Source of the DNA: Callorhinchus milii
Lineage: Eukaryota
DNA length: 64,000 nt
Direction: 5' to 3'
Assembly: GCF_018977255.1 (NCBI RefSeq)
Contig: NW_024704743.1
Coordinates: 83,640,001 to 83,704,000 of the forward strand
Shown: positions 1-60,877 of the stretch, piece by piece
How the letters are laid out: each line of letters begins with the position of its first letter
How positions within the stretch are numbered: position 1 is the first letter of the stretch
The notes under the pieces: generated by a model
What the model was told of the DNA's origin: nothing
What the model saw: the letters and a program-made list of their open reading frames with translations, nothing else
Database searches by the model: none
Program-made: the position numbers and the translations under genes

Positions 1-977
1 TGAATTTTCTTCACTCAGTAGCAGTTCATTTCGGTTCAGTTTAATTGGTAATTAAATTATTAACATGTCAATTTGTCTTGACTTCTTCCTTCATTCGGGA
101 AGACATGGCCTTGAGTTTATTTTAGGGAGGCTGTTGTGTTAGCACCGTTAGGCATTCAGAGAGAAATCAAACCTACCGGTGCATCATACATTTTACTAAT
201 CTTGATTTCTGCATTTCCTTCCTATGTCTGCACAAGTAAGATGACCAATGGACAAAGAAGGGATAGAACCATTGTTTTCAGCTGAAATTTATTTTCAATA
301 TACGGAGATTTTAAATTTTCTCCCAGCTTTTAGTGTACTGAAAATATCTGAGATTGCCTGTGTGAACCAAAATGTAGTGGCAGAATCCCCAATACAGGTC
401 CAAAAATCCAATACATTTACCTCTAGCTCTTTGAACAACAACTGCAAAGTAGTTCAAGAGCTGGAAGTGTCCAGATGAAAGGTAACCCATAACTTATTCA
501 GGTAAACATTTAATTCCCAACCTTTGTGTTACACCAACTCCACATTTCAGTTTTCAGTCAGTCTCTATAAGGAGCATTGTATAGAAGCAAGGCTCTTCAT
601 TAGCTGGAACTGTGCCTCCTGCTAGCTGATTGTGGATCAGCATTGATATATTACAAAGAAGTTTTCAGAGTAGAACTCCCACTGTCTGATCTTATTAATC
701 TGAAGAGGAAACTCAATGCTGGCTAAAGAGAAACGAGAAAGAAAGCTTTGATCTTCAAGTGCTGCTGATATTTCTAATATGTTTGAAATATTGTAGAAAT
801 AAATGGTAGCAATTAAATAACACGAGAAGTAGCTGTACAAGGAAATTACTGTATAACACAGGTGAATGCTGGACACAGTGAATAGCTGTACATAACTGCT
901 TCTTTGATCACCTTTCTATAAAATGTTGCAGAGTTCTAGTCCGATACTAATCAATGTTTGCACCTGTTGATTGGCAG

Positions 978-50857
<49,880 letters not shown>

Positions 50858-52130
50858 TTTAACTCACTTTGAAGTGTCCAGCCCTCATTCAAGCAGCAGT
50901 GTCTCGGGCTGTGCCTTGAATTACTTTGTGTGGCCTTCATTCAGAATCATCGGAAGCTTAGAAAGTACAACACTTGGTTTGAGCACTGTTCAAAGTGCCG
51001 CCGTGTTTGTTCGCCAGTGTGGAAGTACCAAACGGGCAACTGACTGTGAGATAAAGGGCTAAATTCATGAAGCACTTGATGTACTTTAAATCAGCATGCA
51101 ATGTTAAGTGGTACTCTGAAGCAAAGGATGGGATCTACAAGTTATAAAAAGAGAAAGGCAGCTCACTGCACTCATTACCTACAAGATCCATGTTGAAGAT
51201 CCATTCAGGAAACTACAGTGTATTCATTCCTGCTGTGCAGGGATTTGAGTAATCACTGTTATGGTATAGGCATTTCTACATGTATCTAAACGAGTACTGT
51301 AGACTTCAGTTACAATTGGCCTGATTATTCATTTAGAGTATTGCACAGTGGGCCTTGTTGCATCTCTTTACACACCGACAATTTTATGTCTTTCTGCGCT
51401 GCTATAAGAGCAAACGGCTGACATATTTTCAGAGAACATTTAATTCTAATACGCCTGGTAGCTGCTTGGAGCATTTAAACTCATCAGTCGTTATTATATG
51501 AGTTGCCACTATTGACTGACATGCAAAATATCTAATTTTTAATGTATAAGATACACGGCCAATTGTGTATGGTTGAATTTTGTTCCATTCCAAAGATTAT
51601 TTTTGTAGGGTTTCTGCTCTCTCCCCCCCCCCCTTTACTTGCATAGCACAGTATGTTGTGCATTTCATAAAGCTATAGTCTCTCAGTTGGGAACTTTGTA
51701 AATGTTTGCATTCAATTGTTTAGAAATTTTCAGTTTGCACTGTTACTAAATCAGCACTTCAGTTAGTATTGTTTTGTTGTACTTTACTACATAACAGTGT
51801 TACATTTTTTCTGTCTAGCCTTTTGACTACCATTTTTATTTGTTTTCAAAACTGGGGAAAGGAAAAACTTTTTGGCAAAGTAAAAAACAGGACACTGTAA
51901 AAGAAATCTGTGACATTTGTACAAAAAACTGGCTGCATGTAAATATGACAAACTATCTCAAATGATATTTGATACAACACAGACTTTTCATCAGTCTCTG
52001 ATGGTGCTGAGNTTTTTTTGTTGAAACGTTTTAAGTACTTTGTATATAGATTGTATAGTTTGTGACAAAGGGACGACATTCTTTTTGTAAGTACGTGTAT
52101 TTAAATGAAAATATTTCAAATAATACAATT
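50858..52130 (+). other. ZNF236: Probable ZNF236 3'UTR (end uncertain)
   Basis: Repeat-free, U-rich tract after the stop; AATGAA/AATACA variants near 52104-52125 followed by a GT-rich stretch. Confidence 0.55.
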
Positions 52131-52494
52131 GTTTTTTTGGTAATTAGTTTGTATTGGATTCTGTATTATTTTGGAATGGTCGTGTCTTCTGTTTTTGGGG
52201 CGATGGGGGAATGGTTGTCTGAGAAGTGTTTGTTTAGGGAATTTTATGACCTGCACTTTTCATGAGATTTCCCATTATCCAAGAACCTTAGAGTGTAAGC
52301 ACTGCTGATGAAAATACTGATTCTAGGCTGTCACAAAAAGAGGCTCTTGATTTCTAAATACAATTATCATCATTCTTCCACATATTTCAGTTGTTTGTCA
52401 ATGTACTGCAGAAAAAAACATGGGTAACATGACTTTGTGGACACCCTTTGGCGATGGAGGAGGAGAGAAGGCAGCCCAAGGGGTTAGTGACATA

Positions 52495-52770
52495 GGAGTG
52501 CTGTAGCTTCACTCACCTTGCAAGTGAGAGGACCTGGGTTTGATTCCCAGGTAGGGCAACATTTTAGGCAAGTTTCTTTATAATAACTTCAAAAAATATA
52601 GTTTTTAAAAAATAACTTGGTCACTCAATCTACGACTGTTAGTGGGACCCTGCTGTGCACAATTGACTGCCGCAATTTGGCCACAAAATAGTCATTTCAC
52701 CTTACAGTATATTTGTGAAGCGCTTTGAGACGTCTGAAAGATGTGATAAGGTGCTATAAATATTATTATG
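52495..52770 (+). mobile_element. Diverged SINE of the same family
   Basis: ggagtgctgtagc...ttgcaagtgag...gtgaagcgctttgagacgtc. Confidence 0.75.
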
Positions 52771-53569
52771 ACACAAAATAGGTACTATTTCCAGGCAACA
52801 AAGACTATGACTGAAGTACACCTCCTAGTACATGAAGACTTCCAGCTACCGTGCTCTGAGCAGCTCACACTTGGATTATACTTTTTTAATATTATATTCT
52901 AAGGGATTCCAGGGCCCTGGAAGCAGTGCACAGAAGAGCATTGAGGATGATCTCCAGTATTAGAGGGATCAGATATGAGGAATGATAAGCTGCACTTAGT
53001 CTTCCGTGATGGGTATTCTGTAAGTGAGAGATCAATGTTCTGTAGAACCTTATGATCACTTGTTATCTCTTGCGTCTTCAACCAGTTCAGGGGCCAGTCC
53101 GAAATGAGGTGGGTCTTGCGACAGGGAAACCATATGTTCACATGGTTATTGTGAAAGGCCAGATTCTTAAAGGAGAGTGTTGTGCAGATTCCCCTTATGG
53201 ACCCAGCCCCATCCTTTAACAGTATGAGGAAAACAAAACCGAAGGTGGGTAATGTGCCACGGCAGATGTTTTGGATACAATAAAATTATGATAGTACTTG
53301 AGAGCATATTTTATTTTTGTCTGGCGAATACCCTCCACTCTACACCATCATTACCCTAATGCTCATTGTCTTTTAACGTGTGTGTGTGTGTGGGGGGGGG
53401 TGGGGGGGGAGGGGCTGCGGAAGGAAGAAACCTAGAAGCTTAGTTGATGGAGGTGTATCATGATACACAGTACCTAGTGTCAGAAATGCTGCAAAGATGA
53501 GACCTAGCTGAAAGCTTATGAACGTGCACCTGCCAGTAAGCCATGGGTTTATAAATCCAACCTGCTTAG

Positions 53570-54068
53570 CTCCCCACTCCACCACCCACTGCCTCTACTC
53601 GGCTGGTTACGACCTATTTGTCCCTCGTGCCCTCTGTTCCACCATCGGTGGCCATGCCTTCAGTCACTACGCCTTGAAACTCTAGAACTCTCCCTCCACC
53701 TTCCTCCCTCCCACCCCATCTTCCCTCCAAATAATCCCTCCAAAACAAACAATAATAATTTGGTCATTTTCAATCCATGACTGTGGGACACTGCTGTATA
53801 CAATTGGTTGCTGCGTTTCGCCCACAAATATACGGTCAATTCACTTTACAGTATATTCTGTGAAGCGCTTTGAGATGGCTAGAAGACATGAAAAGCGCTA
53901 TATCAAATGCAAGGATTATTATCTTCAAATCCCGCCTAAAGACCTTCCTTTTTGATCGTGCTTACAGTCACTCCCCGCTCCCCCTGGCTCATAGTCAGAC
54001 TCCGCCACTGAAGCTTTCCGGGACACTACCCCAAGTGAAGGACGCTATATAAATACAAGTTGTTGTTG
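53570..54068 (+). mobile_element. L2 3' fragment interrupted by a 5'-truncated SINE (53729-53921)
   Basis: accatcggtggcc...ttccctcc | SINE | cttcaaatcccgcctaaagaccttcc...aagttgttgtt. Confidence 0.72.
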
Positions 54069-55009
54069 GGAGCCATTTTAGTTTTAACAGATTTTCAGCA
54101 AGTAGCATCTGCGAAAGAATGGTTTCAACCGAATTTCATTGTTAAAATTTGAATTTGTGATTGTACATACACCCTAAAACTGGTGAAAGCTTGCTGCAAT
54201 TCTGGATCCAGTAATGCTCAGAAAAGCTAGTTCTAGCGCAAACACTGCCGAACTTGTACTGCAGTGAAGCCAGTTTAGAGATGTGTGCGTTAAGCGGATT
54301 TTCACTGAATTCATACCGGATTTCTGGGTGTTTGTTTTATTCCCCTAATGTTCTCCTGNTTTTTTGACTGAGGACATGTGGCCCCCATTTCAAACACCAC
54401 AGGGTCCTACAAACAGCCATGTTCGTAGCCATGAACAGAATGATCAATTGATATGGAGGATTGTTGACCCAGCTGGCAGAAGGTACTCCTTTTTCAAGTA
54501 GTATTAGAGGATCCTCAACGTCCACCCGAAAAACAGGCAAACAGGACCTTGGTTTAATGTCTTATCTGAAGGATGGCATGTCGGACAGTTAGTAACTTCC
54601 GTAGTATTATATGTAGTATTGGGACTCAAGAATAGGAGTTCAAGTCTAGGCATTAGTATACTGATTCAATAAACAAAATTGTTCTCTTTCTAGATCATTT
54701 GCTTTCGGGCTCCAGAAAGTTTTTAGACATCGGCCAGTGAGGATATTTTGCTTGACCACTGGAGAGATCACAAGAAAATATGGAATGAGAAATTAACCAA
54801 CCTGTTGACTTCATATATGTTTGTGCCTAGGTGACTGGAAACTTTCATCATAACAAAAGCAACATCTGTGTATTTGCACTTCCACAGGCAAACTTGCAGC
54901 TATTTTGAATGTTTCAAATGTCTGCAGTATTTAGGCTCATACGCAACAAACATTAACTATCCAGAATAAACCACATCGAAGATCTTTCAAACTGAATTAC
55001 AATAGTCAT

Positions 55010-55015
55010 TTTATT
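55010..55015 (-). terminator. Candidate MBP polyadenylation signal AATAAA
   Basis: tttatt on + strand at the distal end of the TE-free UTR. Confidence 0.55.
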
Positions 55016-55900
55016 TTGCCATAGACAAACACAGAATGTTTAAGTGCATTATTTTTACATACATTCAGAACAACATTTTGTCACATATGTCCATTCAGCT
55101 TTGTTTTCTAGTATGTATACTCTAAAAGCATGTTACCACTCTCAAACTGGCAATAAAGTGTAAAAGGAAAGTTAATATTGCTCTCCACATACCCCATGCA
55201 GGTGAACTTTCAGTGTAACCAATTAGAGAACACATCACGTGAGAAGGCAGGAGGGTGGATGGAATGCATTTCATCTCATCCACACAACAACAGATTACAA
55301 CTGAGGGAATAAACATGTCTAATAGAAAAGCAGCAGCAGGATTCAGTACTGAGGGGCTGCACTTGTTCTACATCAGTTGAACATGCCTGGCACTAAATTC
55401 ATTCTATCAGGGTCCAATAGAATGCTAACCACACTCAGACACTGTGAAACTATTTGGCTTATTGTGTTGTATTCTTGGAATGTACTTGACGCATTAGTAT
55501 GATTTAGAAGTGTAGAGATGTTAATCTTGTGACTGAGGTTTGGACTGGGCACAAGTTATTTCATACATGAGATGAGGAAATGATCCCTTGAGCTTCCAAT
55601 GTCTGAGGATATTGACTCCAAAGTGACTATTTTATGCAATAGTGACCGCTGTTAGTGAGGGAGGTGAGGGAGAGGGAAACGGAAACAGCATAATAGCATT
55701 ACTGAAAGAAAATGGCAGGGACGTATTTGATAAATTGCAATAAGTATCCACATGTAGTTTCTATAAACATAGTAAAATATTATTTTAGTTACAAAACAGT
55801 GCAATTCAAAAGAGCACTCACATAGGAATGGTAATTTCAGAAAGTCTAAACCCGTACCTATGGAAATTAGTTTGTCAAACAATCTTTCTCAGTGCTAAGG

Positions 55901-55913
55901 ATTAGGATTAGTT
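55901..55913 (-). promoter_or_regulatory. Bipartite Quaking response element (AACTAAT-CC-TAAT) in MBP 3'UTR
   Basis: Matches NACUAAY-N(1-20)-UAAY; further ACTAAY cores at 55866-55871, 55651-55656, 55493-55498. Confidence 0.6.
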
Positions 55914-56673
55914 TCAGGTTATTGCTTTTACAGGCTGCTTTTTCATTAAATTAAAGTTAATATAGTACTCTTATTTAGTGTTCATAGGTTTATGACATAT
56001 AATGCTGCTTTATCTCCATTACACGAGCAGGGCAGTCACCCCATTTAATATCCCCCCTTGGATTTACATTGATTGCAATGTTTCTGCAGCTTTGCTCATG
56101 TAAAGCCCCAGTGAACAGTTCTTATGACAGAAGCAACCATTGGCATTTATGTTCAAAATAGAGCTTATTGATCTGCACAGCAACAGGGAGAGAACATTTT
56201 GTTTTTGGTAGGGCTAACCTGTTTAGTAAAATATTAACAAACATCTTAATACTCTTTACAGTAAAGTCTGCTAATAGATGCAGTGGAAAATAACCATGCC
56301 TGTGTTATGAAGTGATCAACTTCATTGTAAAACGTTTAAGTTCCTTATTTTTATTTCCATTACCATGGAAATTATCATTGGCAAAATGCATTTAAATATC
56401 AGCACCTTCACATCTCAAGTGTTCTTTTTAAGACTGTTGCAATAACTTAACTATTGGTAAGGTGTAGCAAGTGTAAGTAATAACATTCCATTCAATATAC
56501 TACTGCATATACAACTCAATACAACCAGTAAGTATGGATTGTATTGGTATGGCAGGTCTTGTTTTGGAGAAGTGCTAGTTAATGCTTGAAATGGAAAGGA
56601 TGTTAAAATAGGACACTGAGCGAGGATTTTGTCTTTATGAAGCACTCCTTCCGTTGAATTTGTTGATGCAGAA

Positions 56674-56712
56674 TTAACGTCTGGCGTGTGAGCCTTCACC
56701 TTCTTTCTTCCC
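56674..56712 (-). CDS. MBP: MBP terminal coding exon (GKKEGEGSHARR*)
   Basis: Pyrimidine tract ...ttgttctcaaaacag acceptor; C-terminal ARR-stop typical of MBP. Confidence 0.88.
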   Translation of the reverse strand, partial: GKKEGEGSHARR

Positions 56713-59700
56713 CTGTTTTGAGAACAAATAAAGCAGAATATGAGAAAGCTTTGTGTACAAGACGCAGCAGGCAGAATCAGAAGAGTAAAGATGAATTTTG
56801 CAGTACTTCTTAATTAAGAAATTTGACATAGTAGCTGTACTTAGATTACACCTGTCACACTGACTGAAGAGTAACCAACTCCCAATATGGATTGAGAATG
56901 AAAGTCACAAGTTGGGTTATATGAATGAGTTTTGGGGAACCAGTAAACATTTTCAGATCCACTGCTATCCTAAATGTAGTCTGTCAGGCTATCTCCCAAG
57001 CAGCTTGGACAATTTCTTGTGGCAAATCCTTGTAAGACTGTAAGTGCAGAATACAACCTGTCACACACTGTTATTCTAAAATTAATTTCTTGTCAGCGTC
57101 AATTTAAAATTTTAGTTAAATTCTTGACCACTTCCCCCAATTACATTTAAAATATCACAATACGTTTCTCTGCGTGCAATTTGGCATTGCACCAATACGA
57201 CTATAGTGTATTCACACGTGGATCAATTGTAACCATCATCATCTGACTCTGAGACCAATTGCTGTATTAGGGTTAGTCATTTAAGCTTTTGTTCAACATT
57301 TTACGCCTCATTTGTTGCATTTGTCTTCCAACACAAAAAACACAAACACAAAAATAATGTTTTTATCTCAGAGATTACATTTAAAAAAAGCGCAAGTGTG
57401 AAAATTCATATTTTAGATTGCCAACTATTGAAAACACATTTGGCCCGAAATGTAGAGGTTAGTCAGAAGGTTGCTTCAAATGAGGCCCCACGTTCTTACA
57501 TCCAGGTGCTCAACCTAGATAGTTCCACTAGAAGTAATGGAAACAAAATTACAAAACATCTTATTGGTATATACAAAAGGGTTATTTTCTTGTATGTAAA
57601 GGATTCCTCTAAATCTGTAACCTATGGTTATTGTTTTTTTCTTGTATGAGGGCATCACATTTGAAATAGTTTTAATTTAAGTCTCTTACTTTCCACTGAA
57701 GAGCACATTGTCTTCCTCCTGTACAGGTCTTCCTGTACATGGGTGATGGCTGCAGACTTCTGGCAACTGGTGACTAGTTCTGTGGCTGTCTACTATGAAT
57801 CACAATACAACAGCCTCATCTACTCTTCCCTCCATTATCCAGGAACTAGGACAAATCTGAAGCTCAACTTTTGTCCTACTTTCACTGCTTTTGTTGTGAA
57901 TTTCTTTGGTTCTTGACCAGACCGCTAGATGGGCACCTAACAGTGATAGCCTGATGAAACGCTGCCACAGCAAGCCCCAAAATACCATACACTCTAACCA
58001 TACTGAATACCTGGCTAAAATGTGTCACTTTTATCTGGGAGAGATTTGACCATGAATCTCAATTGAGGGAGAATCCCTGTTTGATGATACTGCTCATGAT
58101 TGGGTTGTACTATGGAGCCATTCATTGACCACAAGCTTAAACTAACAGCTATCACTTTGCTTCAGAAGAAGAAAGCAATGTACCAGCCGTTTAAAGAATT
58201 CTGCAAACAACCTTCTCTTCCCAAGTTTCTTAGCCTGTTTCTCCCTTGTTCCTCTGGTCCCTGACCCAGAAAGCTAGCGGGTTCTTGAGACAGAGCCATG
58301 CAGGCACTGTGGCAATGTTTGAATGTCAGCATAATACAGGCTGATGCTGACCAGCTGTTTTCTGTCACTTGTCAGGGTCAGCTGCTTGGTGTTTTCTGAA
58401 GCAGTGCTCGCAGCTGATTTGGACGTATCTGGCTGATCAGCAGACTTCCCAGCAGCTTCAATGTCTGTCCCCTTTTTGGAAGAGCTGTTCACTGCAGTAC
58501 TTGGCTGGGCTGAAGTTGAAGCTTACATCAGACAGACAAAGTCCAATTCAAATCGTGTTTCTGCTCATGCAAATACTAGTGCCCTCATTGGTTAGTACAT
58601 GCTAATTATTTTAAATGAAATTAATAGTGTAGCGGTTCATTAATTCTAAGTCCAAAATCTGTTCTGCTTTGCTGTGTTTTTTCTTTTTCTGTATGTGTTT
58701 TGAATCACTATTTGGGATTTTAAATATTATTTAAGCTGTCGGCCCCAGAATGCACTGTGATGATGTTTGAACTCGTATAGTCAAGGTTGACACTCCAGTG
58801 CAGTGCTGGGGAAATGTTTCATTGTAGGAAGTGCCGTTCTTTGGAGAAATGTTAAACCAAGGTCCCGTCTGCCTATTCAGATAAATGTTAAAGAATACCA
58901 TGGCACTCTCTGAAAAGAAAAGGGAGTTTCTGCTGGTGTCCTAGCCAACAATTCCAAGATAAAATGAGTCATTCACTTCACGACTATTTGTGTAGATTGC
59001 CGTGTACAAATTGCCTGCTGTGATTGCGCACAGCAGTGTCTCACAAACAGTCGTTTGAGTGACCAATTTATTATTATCCTTTTTTCAAAGAATTATTACC
59101 CCGGAAAAGTAATCTGCCAATTGACTGACAACCAGGTTCCTACTTACTGTTAGGTAAACAGAGGCGTGTGTGTGGATTAAGGAGATTTACCCAACATTTT
59201 GCCCTGCTGGGAATCAAACCCGGGTCTCTCGCTTGCAAGGCGAGTGCGCTAACCACTGAGCTACAGGACTCCACAAATAATTTCAGTCCTAAGTGTATAT
59301 ATGTGTGTGTGGTTTTAGCTTTGTGAATCAATGCTCAGCCTTTTTTTACAACAGAGTTTAAGTTTTCTAAAATCCTACATTGTTCTCGGTTTGACCTTTT
59401 AGATAACCCAAGTTTACCATACAATTCTGATCTTTGTGATTGTACTTCAATTGTTTGTATACAACAATGTATTGCATTATAAGAAGCACTGTTTGTATGT
59501 AGTAGAAAAGAACAAGTGGAAAAAACAGTGGCAGCAGTCATTATTCCTAAACCACAGACACAAGTAAAGATTTTTCCACTGTCTATCAATTCTTCTAAAT
59601 CTCTTGGCTATGATCTTAATGAGGTTCATGATGTTCTCTGTATGAGTTATCTCATAAACAAGTTATAGGAGCGAGCCTTTTCACAACACAGAAATGGAAA

Positions 59701-60877
59701 ACAAATTCACTTCTGAATCTAGGTAGTTTGTTCAAGAGGCTAATTTAAGCAGTGTTTAATGAGAAACGTACGCTGCAATAAAACAATTAAATCTAGATAT
59801 ATATTCAATCCTGTTATTAAGTAGGTTAACTTCTCTTTTTGAACAGTGCCGTGAGATCTTTAACATCCACCCAAACAGGCGTAAAAGGGATCTCAGTTCA
59901 ATGTCTCATATGAAGGATGGCACCTTTGAGAATACAGTTCTCCCAAGCACTGCATTGTCTGGACTCTGAGTTCAAATGCTGATGTGGGGGTTGAACCCAC
60001 AAACTTCTTCCGCTTTCCAGTCATGGTATAATCTAATAACAGCAACTTTCACTGATATTTTTGGCCTGAGTACACAGTTAGTGGAATAGATGCGTTTTGC
60101 TGAACAAAATACTAAGAGTAAATAATAACAACATCTAGCACCCTTCACTCAGGGTAGTATAAATCCCACTATCTGGCAGTCAAAATCTGCTGTTTGAGAG
60201 CCAGAAGTGAAATGCACAACCCATTTTCATAGGAATTGACACTGAGAATGGTGTTAGAGGCAGAATCCCTCTCCCTTCCCCCACCCCATCTCTGTCACAT
60301 TTGTGTAACTCCTAGTCAGTCCTTTAAACCGCAAGTTAGACCACATTGTGAACACGAGGCCTTTAATGATGTAATAATATCTGTATGCTATAATTGTATA
60401 TAGATAGCTTTACGGCAATAAAAGCATGGTTAAAGCAGGGTCCTTGATCATATGATGCCTTTCCATCAAAATTAGTGCCTGTGTGAGTATGAAGGTTTGG
60501 ACAACTATAACAAGTGAAGGCTGAATGAACTCACAGCCTCAGTTTTGAAGTTTTCTAAGCGTATTGTACTGACAAGAAATGAACATGCCAACTACAAGCT
60601 GAAAAGCTAACAAGTAATGTGCACTGAGGAATAGAACTTAACAGGGATTATCCCACTGCTTAAAACTAAGTCTAACTCTGACAAAGAAATTCCTGATTTC
60701 TGCACTTCGTAATAAGTTGTGTTATGAGCTGTGTTCCTTATGATTATTTACCAGTTTGAAGATTTTGGAAAGGGTGCCTGATCCATCCTTATGTCCTCTG
60801 AAAGACTCCTTTGACTTCGAAGCATCCAACATTTTGCCACTTGCCCCATGTCCTGCGGGTCTTTGTCCATCAGCACC
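56674..60877 (-). CDS. MBP: Myelin basic protein, 5'-partial: last two coding exons 60877-60752 and 56712-56674
   Basis: GADGQRPAGHGASGKMLDASKSKESFRGHKDGSGTLSKIFKL + GKKEGEGSHARR* parallels mammalian GAEGQRPGFG...GTLSKIFKL/GGRDSRSGSPMARR; phase-0 GT-AG intron; convergent with ZNF236. Confidence 0.92.
60752..60877 (-). CDS. MBP: MBP penultimate coding exon (42 aa)
   Basis: ttaaag acceptor, CTG|gtaaat donor, GTLSKIFKL motif. Confidence 0.92.

Larger units (their letters stand above)
54990..56673 (-). other. MBP: Probable MBP 3'UTR (about 1.7 kb)
   Basis: TE-free tract after TAA; AATAAA on - strand at 55015-55010 (another at 56355-56350). Confidence 0.65.

Noticed and set aside
53376..53415. 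(GT)n plus G-run G-quadruplex as a regulatory element
   Set aside because: Simple low-complexity sequence with no supporting context
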